From Candidatus Velthaea sp. (GTDB taxonomy: Bacteria; Vulcanimicrobiota; Vulcanimicrobiia; Vulcanimicrobiales; Vulcanimicrobiaceae), in NCBI GenBank assembly GCA_050012475.1, contig JBEKHC010000008.1, forward strand, positions 1-64,000: 64,000 nucleotides of DNA, in the 5' to 3' direction. Position 1 is the first letter of the stretch, and every line of letters begins with the position of its first letter. Positions 54,536-63,848 of the stretch are shown here, one piece after another. The position numbers and the translations under genes are program-made. The notes beneath the pieces are model-generated. The model did not search any database. It was not told the DNA's origin and was given only the letters and a program-made list of their open reading frames with translations.

Positions 54536-55941
54536 GCCGCGGTGGAATTCGCGGCGGTGACTTCGCCGCAAACGGCGCCGGTGGGAAAGATCTTATCCGG
54601 ATTGAACGCGCGCATCGGATCGAAAACGTCGCGCACGCGCGCCATTGCAGCCAGATCGGCCGTCGTGAACACCAGCGACAGCGATTGCCGCTTTTCGTAG
54701 CCGATCCCGTGTTCGCCGCTGATCGTCCCGCCCAGCGCGATGCACGTCGCCAGGATCTCATTGCCGGCTTCGATGACGGCTTGCACTTGACGTGCGTCGC
54801 GCCGGTCGAAAATCATGAGCGGGTGCAGATTGCCGTCGCCGGCGTGAAAAACGTTGCCGACCTGCAGTCGATGGTCGCGCGCGATGCGTTCGACTTCCAG
54901 CATCACCTGCGGCAGCTTCGTGCGCGGCACGCAAGCATCCTGAATGTAATAGTTGGGTGCGATCCGGCCGATCGCTCCGGCGGCGCCTTTGCGCGCGGCC
55001 CACAAGACGTCGCGCTCGGCGGCGTCGCGGGCGGACCGCCACGACAGCGCGCCGTGGTCGCCGGCGATGCGCGCGATGAGCCGTTCGGCATCGTCCATGT
55101 CGTCGTGCGGCCCGGCGATCTCGACGAGCAGCACGGCACCGGCGTCGGCCGGAAAACCGGCGTGGTAGTGCGCTTCGACGGCTTGGGTGATGAGCCGATC
55201 CATGATCTCGAGCGCGACCGGAACGATGCCGGCGCCGATGATCGCCGAAACCGCTTCGGAGGCCGACTCGACGTCGCCGAACGCCGCGACGCACACGCGG
55301 ACGGCTTCGGGCAGCCGCATCAGCCGCACGTCGATCTCGGTAATGAGCCCCAGCGTTCCTTCGCTGCCGACGAGCAGGCCGGTCATGTCGTAGCCGGGAT
55401 CGCCCAGCGCCGTGCGGTGGATTTCGCCGCTCCCGTCGACGTACTGCAAACCCAAAATATGATTGGTCGTGGTGCCGTAGGACAAGCAGTGTGCCCCGCC
55501 CGCGTTGGTGCCGACGTTTCCGCCGATGGTCGAGATCTTCTGGCTCGATGGATCCGGGGCGTAGAAGATACCGTAGCGCGCGATCGCGTTCGAGAGTTCG
55601 AGATTGATCAGCCCCGGCTGCACCCGCGCGCGGCGATTGGCGACGTCGAGTTCGAGCAGTCGATTCATCCGTGCAAAGGACACCACCAGGCCGCCTTTGA
55701 CCGGCACCGCACCGCCGCACAGGCCGGTCCCGGCACCGCGTGGGATGAGCGGTTCGTCGCATTCGCGGGCGATGCGCACAGCGGTCGCGACGTCACGCAC
55801 GTCGCGCGGCACGACCGCGGCGCTGGGGTTTCCGTTTTCCTTGTAGCCGTCGTAGCCGTAGGCCGTCAAATCGGCCGGCTCGGTCCGGGCGACGTCCGAA
55901 CCGAGCGCCTCGAGCAAGCGTCGCGCAAACGTGGTCGCCAT
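54532..55941 (-). CDS. glcD: Glycolate oxidase subunit GlcD-like (FAD-linked oxidase)
   Basis: RGAGTGLCGG, YAPDPSS, GSEGTLG, HAGDGNLHP, GEHGIG.EK. Confidence 0.9.
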   Translation of the reverse strand: MATTFARRLLEALGSDVARTEPADLTAYGYDGYKENGNPSAAVVPRDVRDVATAVRIARECDEPLIPRGAGTGLCGGAVPVKGGLVVSFARMNRLLELDVANRRARVQPGLINLELSNAIARYGIFYAPDPSSQKISTIGGNVGTNAGGAHCLSYGTTTNHILGLQYVDGSGEIHRTALGDPGYDMTGLLVGSEGTLGLITEIDVRLMRLPEAVRVCVAAFGDVESASEAVSAIIGAGIVPVALEIMDRLITQAVEAHYHAGFPADAGAVLLVEIAGPHDDMDDAERLIARIAGDHGALSWRSARDAAERDVLWAARKGAAGAIGRIAPNYYIQDACVPRTKLPQVMLEVERIARDHRLQVGNVFHAGDGNLHPLMIFDRRDARQVQAVIEAGNEILATCIALGGTISGEHGIGYEKRQSLSLVFTTADLAAMARVRDVFDPMRAFNPDKIFPTGAVCGEVTAANSTAA

Positions 55942-56042
55942 TGGTCTGCCCTACGAAGGTGGGAGCCGATGTTCCTGGCCGTGCAATTCCGTCGATTGCT
56001 TTGGGAAGATGTCGTGGCATTTTTTGCCGAAGATGGGTGCGA

Positions 56043-57179
56043 ATGTTTACTTCTCGCACCCGCACGGTCGTTTCGCTCGTGGCGGCTGTTTTTGCCGTGC
56101 TGGCACTGGTGGCCGGCGGCTTTGCGATCTTTCACCGCTCGCTCGCCGAGAATGTCTCGATCGGCCTTGCGCAGCATGACGTGGAGGCAGAGTTCCATCG
56201 CCGGCGGCTCAACGTGCTCATCGTCGGTGACCAAGCCGACGAAGCCACCACCGACACGATCGTGCTGGCGCATCTCGATCTCGAGCGCCGTACGGGCACG
56301 CTGATGTCGATCCCGCGCGACACTTGGGTCGGCGTACCGCATCACGGGCACATGAAGATCAACAGCGCGTTCGCCTTCGGCGGCGCGGCCGGCACGGCGC
56401 GCGCCGTCACCGCACTCACCGGCGTGCCGATCGACGCGACGCTGGCGGTCGATCCGCAAGGCGCCAAGCAGATCGTCGATGCGATCGGCGGCCTCAACGT
56501 CAATGTCGAAACCGCCATGAATTACGACGACAACTACGGCGACTTGCACATTCACCTCAAAAAAGGCGAGCAGTTTCTCACCGGCGGCGGCGTCATGCAG
56601 TACATGCGCTTCCGGCACGACGCGGAGTCCGATTTCGGCCGGATGCGGCGTCAGCAGCAGGTCATGCGCGAGATCGTTCGCGAGCTGGGGCAGCCGCAAA
56701 ATTGGCCGAAAGTGCCGCGCTTGGTGGCGCTGGCGCGCGCGGACGTTAAGACCTCGCTCAACGACGCGCAGCTGCAAGCCCTCGTCGAATTGTACCGCGG
56801 TGTTCCGCAGGACAACGTGCGCACGTTGACGCTGCCCAGCCGTCCGGATACGGTCGGCGATGCATCGGTCGTCATCGTCGACGAGCGCTGGGCGCATATC
56901 ATCGGCAGACTGCTGTTCGCCAAGAACGATCCGCCGCAAGACGTCGTGCTCGTGTCGAACGCGACCGGCACGCCGGCGTTCGCAACCACGGTCGTCGGTG
57001 CGCTGCGCGGCGGCGGCTGGAACGTTGCCACGTTTATCGACGAACCGGCCAAGAAGCTGTCTGAAGTCGTCGGGACGAGTGCCGCCGCGGCGGTGCTCGG
57101 CAAAACGTTCGAGTTGCGGCCGCGCAAAGGGGCGGCGACGATTTTGCGTCTAGGAACCGACGCGCTGCCCGCGACCTAA
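56043..57179 (+). CDS. LCP (LytR-CpsA-Psr) family protein with C-terminal LytR-like domain
   Basis: N-terminal TM, TDTIVL, SIPRDT, KINSA, YMRFRHD..SDFGRMRRQQ, VSNATG. Confidence 0.92.
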   Translation: MFTSRTRTVVSLVAAVFAVLALVAGGFAIFHRSLAENVSIGLAQHDVEAEFHRRRLNVLIVGDQADEATTDTIVLAHLDLERRTGTLMSIPRDTWVGVPHHGHMKINSAFAFGGAAGTARAVTALTGVPIDATLAVDPQGAKQIVDAIGGLNVNVETAMNYDDNYGDLHIHLKKGEQFLTGGGVMQYMRFRHDAESDFGRMRRQQQVMREIVRELGQPQNWPKVPRLVALARADVKTSLNDAQLQALVELYRGVPQDNVRTLTLPSRPDTVGDASVVIVDERWAHIIGRLLFAKNDPPQDVVLVSNATGTPAFATTVVGALRGGGWNVATFIDEPAKKLSEVVGTSAAAAVLGKTFELRPRKGAATILRLGTDALPAT

Positions 57180-57187
57180 CGCCCGAC

Positions 57188-58420
57188 TCAGTACAGCAAA
57201 TACTTGTCGCGCAGCGCGAGGAACGCCGGCACGTTGGCTTGTGCCGCGCGCACGATCTCGTCGGGCGATTCGCCGGCGAGAACGCGCCGGCGCACGGTGT
57301 CGGTCCCCCAATCGCGATCGAGCGTGAGCGCGTTATGAATGCGGACGTACGGCCCCAGATCGCGGGCCGCGCAGAGCAGTTCGATCGCGGTGCGCACGCT
57401 GGGGAAGGCGTGTGCATCGTCGATATCGATCTCGACGCCCGAAAGCTGCCGGCCTTTCCAAAAGCCGGCGTGCGGCGTCCACGCCGCCGGCTCGAAATGC
57501 ACCCCCGGAACATGGCGCGCGTTGAGTGCCGCCGCGTACGCCGGGCCGTCCATGCCCAATGTGCCCGCCCGCTCGAACGGTTTGTCGCTGCCCACGCCGT
57601 TGTTCAATCCGGCCTCGTCGATGAGCCCGGTCGCGAGATACACCAGTGCCGTCTTCGCGTACGGGATGTTGGGCGACGTCGCCGTCCACCGCAGCCCGGT
57701 CTGGTCCCAAACCATGTCGCGGCGCCAGCCGCGCATCGGGATGACCTTGAGGTTCGCGCCGATTGCGAATCGATCGTTGAACAAGCGCGCCAGCTCGCCG
57801 ATGGTCATCCCGGGGCGTTCGGGTATCGGATACAGCCCCACGAACGACTTGAACCGCGGATCGAGCACCGGTCCTTCGACGAGCGTCCCGCCGACGGGAT
57901 TGGGCCGGTCGAGAACCCAGATCTCTTTGCCGGCCGCCGCCGCGCTCTGCATCACGTAGGCCATCGTCGATGCGAAGGTGTACGGCCGTGCGCCTACGTC
58001 CTGAATGTCGAACACCAGCACGTCGATGCCGTCGAGCATGGCTGCCGACGGGTGGCGCGTTGCGCCGTACAGGCTGTAGACCGGCAAGCCCGTGTGTTCG
58101 TCGGTATAGGACGGAACGTACGAGCCGGCGGGGCGATCGCCGCGCAGACCATGTTCGGGAGCAAACAGCGCGCGCACGCAGATATGTCCGTGCGCGCGCA
58201 CGGCGTCGACGAAATTCCGGCCGTCGGACGTGACGCCGCTGGCGTTCGTGACGATGCCGATGCAGCGGTCGCCCAACTCATGCCAGGCGCCGGCCAAGAA
58301 GACGTCGTCGCCGAGCAGGACCGGCCCGGCCGGGTCGTCGGCGCGCAGCGGGCTGGCTCGGAAAGCACAGAGGGCGAGCGCGATGAGGAGCGCCGCAAGC
58401 GCGCGGTTGGGGAGTCGCAT
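57188..58420 (-). CDS. Exo-beta-N-acetylmuramidase NamZ (YbbC/DUF1343) family
   Basis: FAPEHG, SLYG, FDIQDVG.R.YT, LDRPNP, GMTIGELA, TSPNIP. Confidence 0.9.
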   Translation of the reverse strand: MRLPNRALAALLIALALCAFRASPLRADDPAGPVLLGDDVFLAGAWHELGDRCIGIVTNASGVTSDGRNFVDAVRAHGHICVRALFAPEHGLRGDRPAGSYVPSYTDEHTGLPVYSLYGATRHPSAAMLDGIDVLVFDIQDVGARPYTFASTMAYVMQSAAAAGKEIWVLDRPNPVGGTLVEGPVLDPRFKSFVGLYPIPERPGMTIGELARLFNDRFAIGANLKVIPMRGWRRDMVWDQTGLRWTATSPNIPYAKTALVYLATGLIDEAGLNNGVGSDKPFERAGTLGMDGPAYAAALNARHVPGVHFEPAAWTPHAGFWKGRQLSGVEIDIDDAHAFPSVRTAIELLCAARDLGPYVRIHNALTLDRDWGTDTVRRRVLAGESPDEIVRAAQANVPAFLALRDKYLLY

Positions 58421-58889
58421 ACCAACCGCAAACGGGCGCCGCATCGAGTTCGTCACGCCCGGAAGCAAGGCAAGCCGAGGGAGAAAAAGCGACGTGCCTC
58501 ACACTGGCATACCCTGCGTTAAGTCCTGATATGCCGTGACCGATTGACGGAGAGCAGGGTATTTTGAGCCGCCTCAATGGGCGCCTTATGGAGAAGCAGG
58601 CTTGGAGCTCGGTAAGTTTAGCCGGATAGAGAAAAATATGCGGGTTGGCGATGTATCGACGGTGCTGGCACGGACGTTATCCGCAGCGGTCGCACTGTTG
58701 CATGACGGAACGCTGAACGCTTCACACAGCGGGCACCTTCCGGCCGTCGTGCCGGGCGTGCTGGCACCGCTTGTCCTGCCGCGGATGGGTGCAACGATCC
58801 GGCGCGCGCTGAGCGTCGATTGGCGATCCGCCGGAGGCTCGACCGCCGGTTCGGACGCGAGCTTCGCACCCAGCGTGAAGTTCACGTCC

Positions 58890-59483
58890 ATGGCCGACCT
58901 GGCCCGCGAAAACGCCCGGTTGCAGCGCGAACTCGCGGAGCTCAAAGCGAAATACGCCCGGCTTGCCGAGGATGCCGCCGACCAGGCTGCGGAGTCCGAG
59001 CGGTTCCATCATTTGGCGCTTCACGATGCGCTTACGCAGTTGCCGAATCGCTTGCTGTTGATGGACCGGATCGCCGCGGCGCTTGCGCACGCCGAGCGCG
59101 CAGGCACCCAGGTGCTGGTGATCTTCTTGGATCTCGATCATTTCAAAGCGATCAACGACATCATGGGCCATGCCGCCGGCGACCGGGTGCTTAGCGAAGT
59201 TGCGATCCGCATCGCGGGCTGCACGCGCCGCAGTGATACGGCCAGCCGCGTCGGCGGCGATGAATTCGTGCTGGTATGCGCGACCGAGGATGCCGTCGCC
59301 GACGCCGCCGATATCCGCTCGCGGTTAGGCCGTGCGATCGCCGCCCCGATCGACGTCAACGGCACGCCGGTAACGATCGGCGCGAGCATCGGCATCAGTT
59401 CGTTTCCGGCCGACGGCGCAGATCCGGGCGAACTCATCGATCGCGCCGATCAGGCCATGTATCACGTCAAGGCGCGCCGTTAA
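58890..59483 (+). CDS. Coiled-coil + GGDEF diguanylate cyclase
   Basis: LARENARLQREL coiled coil, HDALTQLPNR, RVGGDEF, ADQAMY; may start further upstream in frame (58638). Confidence 0.9.
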   Translation: MADLARENARLQRELAELKAKYARLAEDAADQAAESERFHHLALHDALTQLPNRLLLMDRIAAALAHAERAGTQVLVIFLDLDHFKAINDIMGHAAGDRVLSEVAIRIAGCTRRSDTASRVGGDEFVLVCATEDAVADAADIRSRLGRAIAAPIDVNGTPVTIGASIGISSFPADGADPGELIDRADQAMYHVKARR

Positions 59484-60307
59484 ACGAACGACGGCGTTGC
59501 GGCCGGCGGAATGAGTCCGGCGGCGGCGGCGCGCGTGAAGAGCTCGTTGACCGCGGCGATCCCCGCCGATCCGACATCGTCGCTGTATTCGTTCACATAC
59601 AAGCCGATGTGAGCGCGCATGACGGCGTCGTCCATCTCGAAAGCGTGGGCCCGCACGTAGTCGATGATCTCCGGCTCGCGGGTGCGGGCGAACTGCAGGC
59701 TGCGCCGGATCGACGCATCGATGCGGCGTGCCGCAGCGTCGTCGATGTCGCGGCGAACGAGGATCGCCCCGAGCGGGATCGGATCGCCGGTGGCTGCTTC
59801 CCACCAGTCGCCCAAATCCACGACGCACGCTAGGCCCGCCTCGGCATAGGTGAAGCGCGATTCGTGGATGATAAGGCCGGCGTCGGCTTCGCCGGCGGCG
59901 ACCGCCGCGACGATGGCGTCGAAACGCACCACCTTCACCTGCGGTTCGCGCCCGAGCGCAAGCCGCAGCAGCAGATACGCCGTCGTCATCCGGCCCGGGA
60001 TCGCGAACACTGCGTCGGCGTCGAAGCTCGCGAGGCCGCGGGCCGTTTTCGCGACCACGAGCGGGCCGCAGCCGCGTCCCAATGCTCCGCCCGCGCGCAG
60101 GATCCGGTACGCTGCCGACAAGAACGGGATCGCGCCGTACGAGACCTTCGTGAGCTCGTGGCGGCTCTCGCGGGCCGCGCGGTTGAGCGCCTCGACGTCA
60201 TCGAGCACGACCCGAACCGCGGGCTCCCCGGGCAACAACCCGTTGGTCAGCGCCGCGAAAATGTAGGTGTCGTTGGGGCAGGGCGAATAGGCCAGCGAAT
60301 ACATCAT
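59480..60307 (-). CDS. mqnD: 1,4-dihydroxy-6-naphthoate synthase
   Basis: YSPCPNDT, DVEALN, GGALGRGCGP, IIHESRFTY, DLGDWW, PIPLG, HIGLYVN. Confidence 0.95.
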   Translation of the reverse strand: MMYSLAYSPCPNDTYIFAALTNGLLPGEPAVRVVLDDVEALNRAARESRHELTKVSYGAIPFLSAAYRILRAGGALGRGCGPLVVAKTARGLASFDADAVFAIPGRMTTAYLLLRLALGREPQVKVVRFDAIVAAVAAGEADAGLIIHESRFTYAEAGLACVVDLGDWWEAATGDPIPLGAILVRRDIDDAAARRIDASIRRSLQFARTREPEIIDYVRAHAFEMDDAVMRAHIGLYVNEYSDDVGSAGIAAVNELFTRAAAAGLIPPAATPSFV

Positions 60308-60915
60308 GTGGTTTCTTCGACGGCGGTCAGGAAGTCGGTCAGCGCGCGGACAGCGGCGGTCGAGCCGGCCCGAAAATCCCAGCCGCCGATCGGGTCGCCG
60401 ACGATATTGGAAATGCCGCGCAATTCGACTGCGGCGACGCCCGCGACCGCAGCGGCGCGCAGCACCGAAAAGCCCTCCATCGATTCGGTCTCGGGCGCGT
60501 AGCGAGTCGCCAATTCGGCGCTGCGGGCCGCCGAGGTCGTGATTGTCGCCGAAGTGATGCCGGTGCCGAAAACGGCTTTCGGCAAGCGTGACCGATAGCG
60601 TTCGAGCAGTCCGGCGTCAGCCGCGCACGTCGCTTCGACGCGCACTCCGGGGGGCAGCACGATTGCCCCGCCGTCTTCCCGCCCGATCTCCAGATAGCGC
60701 TCGACGGTTACCGCGACGGCGCTGCCGATCGGCGCGCGGCCCGCGAAACCGCCGGCGATGCCGGCGTTGATCGCCAACGCATACGGTTTGGCGGCGAGCG
60801 CGCGCAGCGTGCCAAGCGCCGCTTCGACCGGTCCGATACCGACGCACACGACGTCGACGTCGGGCCGGGCGAAGCCGTCGAGTTCCTCCGCCACCGCACA
60901 GACGACGAGGATCAT
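60304..60915 (-). CDS. mqnB: Futalosine hydrolase
   Basis: GIGPV.AA, INAGIAGGF, ESMEG, ELRGISN.VG; adjacent to mqnD. Confidence 0.9.
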   Translation of the reverse strand: MILVVCAVAEELDGFARPDVDVVCVGIGPVEAALGTLRALAAKPYALAINAGIAGGFAGRAPIGSAVAVTVERYLEIGREDGGAIVLPPGVRVEATCAADAGLLERYRSRLPKAVFGTGITSATITTSAARSAELATRYAPETESMEGFSVLRAAAVAGVAAVELRGISNIVGDPIGGWDFRAGSTAAVRALTDFLTAVEETT

Positions 60916-61487
60916 CGCACGCCGATGAATTTGTGCGTTTGCAGCGAGAGCCGAAAGCGCGCCGGGTTGTTCTTGGCGGCAGCCAGCGCGAGCTCGACGT
61001 TGGCCGCTTTGTTGCCCTCGGGCTGCAGCGCAATCGGGGTCGTGGCCGGAAATGCGTCGACCCATTCGACCGGGACGCGGCCGTCGACGATGAGCTTGAC
61101 CTCGTCGGCGCGCGCCGCCATCGCCGGATGTAGCCGTTCCTTCGGCGATACCGTCAGCCAAACGCCGGCGGGAAGCACGACGTCGATCGTGCCGTTCGTT
61201 TCGATGTGCACCCGCCGGCCGTCGGCCTGCAATGCGGCGATCAGCGCCGGCGTCTGCGTTTGGGCCAACGGTTCGCCGCCGGTCAGCACGACCATCGGGC
61301 AGTCGCCGCCGGCGGCGCGAACCTGCGCCACCACGTCCGGAATTGCGGCCAGAAAGTGCAGCGCGTAATCCGTGTCGCAAAAATCGCAGGCCAGATTGCA
61401 GCCTGCCAGCCGCACGAAGACCGCCGGGGTCCCGGTCCACGCCCCCTCGCCCTGCACGCTGTAAAAGATCTCCGCGAGGCCGAGCAT
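60912..61487 (-). CDS. queE: 7-carboxy-7-deazaguanine synthase (radical SAM)
   Basis: EIFYSVQGEG..TG.PAVFVRLAGCNLACDFCDT, TGGEP, ETNG, SPK, LSLQTHK. Confidence 0.93.
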   Translation of the reverse strand: MLGLAEIFYSVQGEGAWTGTPAVFVRLAGCNLACDFCDTDYALHFLAAIPDVVAQVRAAGGDCPMVVLTGGEPLAQTQTPALIAALQADGRRVHIETNGTIDVVLPAGVWLTVSPKERLHPAMAARADEVKLIVDGRVPVEWVDAFPATTPIALQPEGNKAANVELALAAAKNNPARFRLSLQTHKFIGVR

Positions 61488-61489
61488 CG

Positions 61490-61876
61490 TCACTCGGGGT
61501 CCAACGGCGCGGCCAGCGGGTCGCCGCGGCGCAGGATCGCGCAGGCCGTCGCCGTCTCCCACAGCACGAGTTCGACCAGTTGGGGAAACTCGGGCGCCAG
61601 CCGCCGCCAGATCCAAACGACGACGTTTTCGGAGGTCGGGTTGGGCACGACTTCATTGAGCGAGCGATGGTCGAGTTCGCCGATGACGCCGGCCTTCACG
61701 ACCCGCGAGAGGGCCTCGAAGTCGACGATCATGCCGGCCGCCGGACCGTCATCGGCCAGCGGGCCCTCCAGGGTGACGTCGAGCCGATACGAGTGGCCGT
61801 GAAGTCGCGAACATTTGCCCTGATGGTACGGCAGCACGTGCGCTGCCTCAAATTTGAACTGCTTGCGGATCTGCAC
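61490..61876 (-). CDS. queD: 6-carboxytetrahydropterin synthase
   Basis: FEAAH.LP...GKC.RLHGHSY, GMIVDF, LDH..LN, PTSEN, LWET. Confidence 0.95.
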   Translation of the reverse strand: MQIRKQFKFEAAHVLPYHQGKCSRLHGHSYRLDVTLEGPLADDGPAAGMIVDFEALSRVVKAGVIGELDHRSLNEVVPNPTSENVVVWIWRRLAPEFPQLVELVLWETATACAILRRGDPLAAPLDPE

Positions 61877-61960
61877 CGCCGTACGATTTCACCGCTCGAG
61901 CCCCGAGGGCATCCCGGCGCAGACGGGGCGCCGCGGCGGCGACCCCGAACGCGGCGCCAA

Positions 61961-62824
61961 ATGCTCTCGTCCAATCGGGCCAACCTCGTTGCCATGCACG
62001 TCCAAGGCGAGATCGCGCCGGCGTCGGTTCCGTCGTCGCTGTACGACGTCGGCGCCGACGGGCGGCCGCGCATTTTGCCGTCCGTCGGCGGCATTTGTCT
62101 TAACGTCCGCGTCGGCGATAACGCGTTCACGCCGGTCGGCGATCACATCGAACCCGCCGTCAGCGTGCGCGCGAAAGACGAACGGGTCAATGTCGGCTTT
62201 TGCGTCTTGTCCTGCGTCGGCAACAAAGCGACCGTGCTGTCGGGCGACGCGAAAAGCGAGACCGGCGTCGTGACCGGCAAGCACGGCGGGGTCGAGCACG
62301 TGATGGTTGATTTCAACGAGCGCGTGATGGCCAAGCTCACGATCGGCGATAAGATCGGCATTCGGGCCGTCGGCGTCGGGTTCGAGCTTCGCGATGCCGG
62401 CGACGTCGCGGTGTTCAACTGCGATCCCGATTTTTTCGAGCGGCTCGGTATCACGTCCAGGGATGGGGCGCTGGTGGTGCCGGTCGCCAAGATCGTCCCG
62501 GCGGCGATCATGGGTTCGGGTCTGGGCCGGGCGACGGTCGCGCGGGGCGACTACGACATCCAGACCTTCGATCCGCAGATGGTCGCCGAATTCGGCCTGG
62601 ACGACTTGCGCTTCGGCGACATCGTCGCCATCACCGATGCCGATCATCGCTTCGGGCGCATCTTTCGCACCGGGGCAGTGAGCATCGGGATCGTCGCCCA
62701 CGGCCGGTCGTTCATTGCCGGACACGGCCCGGGTGTTACCTCGCTGCTGACCTCGCCGTCAGGGGCGATCGTTCCGCAGCTCGACCCGGCAGCCAACATT
62801 GCAGCGATCTTGCGCCTCCGTTGA
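61961..62824 (+). CDS. DUF4438-family protein
   Basis: LPSVGGI.LNVRVGD, GDHIEP, SCVGN, VTGKHGG.EH, MGSGLG, GDYDI, LRFGD, GHGPGVT. Confidence 0.82.
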   Translation: MLSSNRANLVAMHVQGEIAPASVPSSLYDVGADGRPRILPSVGGICLNVRVGDNAFTPVGDHIEPAVSVRAKDERVNVGFCVLSCVGNKATVLSGDAKSETGVVTGKHGGVEHVMVDFNERVMAKLTIGDKIGIRAVGVGFELRDAGDVAVFNCDPDFFERLGITSRDGALVVPVAKIVPAAIMGSGLGRATVARGDYDIQTFDPQMVAEFGLDDLRFGDIVAITDADHRFGRIFRTGAVSIGIVAHGRSFIAGHGPGVTSLLTSPSGAIVPQLDPAANIAAILRLR

Positions 62825-62983
62825 TCCTATAAGGAATGCGCGGCGTCACATTGGATCGGGACCTCTGACTTTTTGGATGAGGATCTAATACTCCTAGCTT
62901 TCGGGGTGAACTCCCTTCGTTTCCGCCATGCGTCGGCCGATGGTAGAGTAGTCCGCATTTCACTGCAAAAGAAAGCTGTCGAC

Positions 62984-63109
62984 ATGGATGTATTCGTGGT
63001 AAGTGAACCGCTCTACGACATCTGCGAATCGTGGGCTGAAGAGCCCGAACCCGACGCTTGGACGGTGGTCTTTCCCGAAGTCGTGAGCTGGCTGATTCGG
63101 CCGAATTGA
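62984..63109 (+). CDS. Possible small acidic peptide, 41 aa
   Basis: ATG inside ORF 62873-63109; upstream TG-n-TAGAGT extended -10-like motif; lower-GC intergenic setting. Confidence 0.35.
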   Translation: MDVFVVSEPLYDICESWAEEPEPDAWTVVFPEVVSWLIRPN

Positions 63110-63119
63110 CCGCGCGGCG

Positions 63120-63788
63120 TTAGCCGAAGGCCGCTTCGATCGCCGCCGGCGTGAGGTCGCGGATCGACGGCAGGACCGCATCGGCCAGGGCGAGCGCCTC
63201 AGGTGCCGCCGGAAAGGCGGCGGTGGGAATGGCGATCACGCGCATCCCGGCATTTTTGCCGGCCCGAATGCCGTTGGACGAGTCCTCGACCGCCGCGCAC
63301 GCCGGCGGGGACGCCCCCAGCAGTTCGGCCGCCCGAAGGTAGACATCGGGAGCCGGCTTCCCGCGGCCGGCTTCGGCTGCGGACACGCTCACGGTAACGG
63401 CGTCGCCCAGTCCGGCGAGCCGGACGACCAAATCGATCAGCTCGCGACCCGACGAGGACGCGATCGCGACCGGCCAACGCCGGCTCACCGCGCGCACCGC
63501 ATCGACTGCGCCGGGGAAAAAAGGCTGGTCGCGCTCGTAATCGGCCTCCAGCTGGCGGGTCACTTCGCGCCGGATCGCTTCGGCGGAAAGCGGTATCCCC
63601 ACCCGGTCGCGGAGGTACACCGACCATTCGGGCGGGCTCATCCCCATCAGATCTTGCGCCATCACCGGATGATACGTCCCGCCGAACTGCGCAACGACCG
63701 CCAGCCGCGCGCGTTCCCAGTTCTCCTCGGAGTCGATGATGACGCCGTCCATGTCGAAGATAACGGCGGCGCAAGCGGATACGGACAA
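63120..63788 (-). CDS. HAD family phosphatase (beta-PGM/YniC-like)
   Basis: IFDMDGVIIDSE, ASSS, GKPAPDVY, VEDSSNG. Confidence 0.93.
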   Translation of the reverse strand: MSVSACAAVIFDMDGVIIDSEENWERARLAVVAQFGGTYHPVMAQDLMGMSPPEWSVYLRDRVGIPLSAEAIRREVTRQLEADYERDQPFFPGAVDAVRAVSRRWPVAIASSSGRELIDLVVRLAGLGDAVTVSVSAAEAGRGKPAPDVYLRAAELLGASPPACAAVEDSSNGIRAGKNAGMRVIAIPTAAFPAAPEALALADAVLPSIRDLTPAAIEAAFG

Positions 63789-63848
63789 GTGTGAATCCCC
63801 CCCGCGCCCCGTTCGGGACGCCGGGTGCGCGCCGCTGCCGGCTACCGC

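Noticed and set aside
60916..61656. Long N-terminal extension of mqnB suggesting a QueE-MqnB fusion or frameshift
   Set aside because: Off-frame Arg/Gly-rich read-through; queE has its own stop overlapping a normal mqnB ATG.
61877..61960. preQ1 riboswitch upstream of queD
   Set aside because: The gap is GC-rich with no preQ1-type stem plus A-rich tail.
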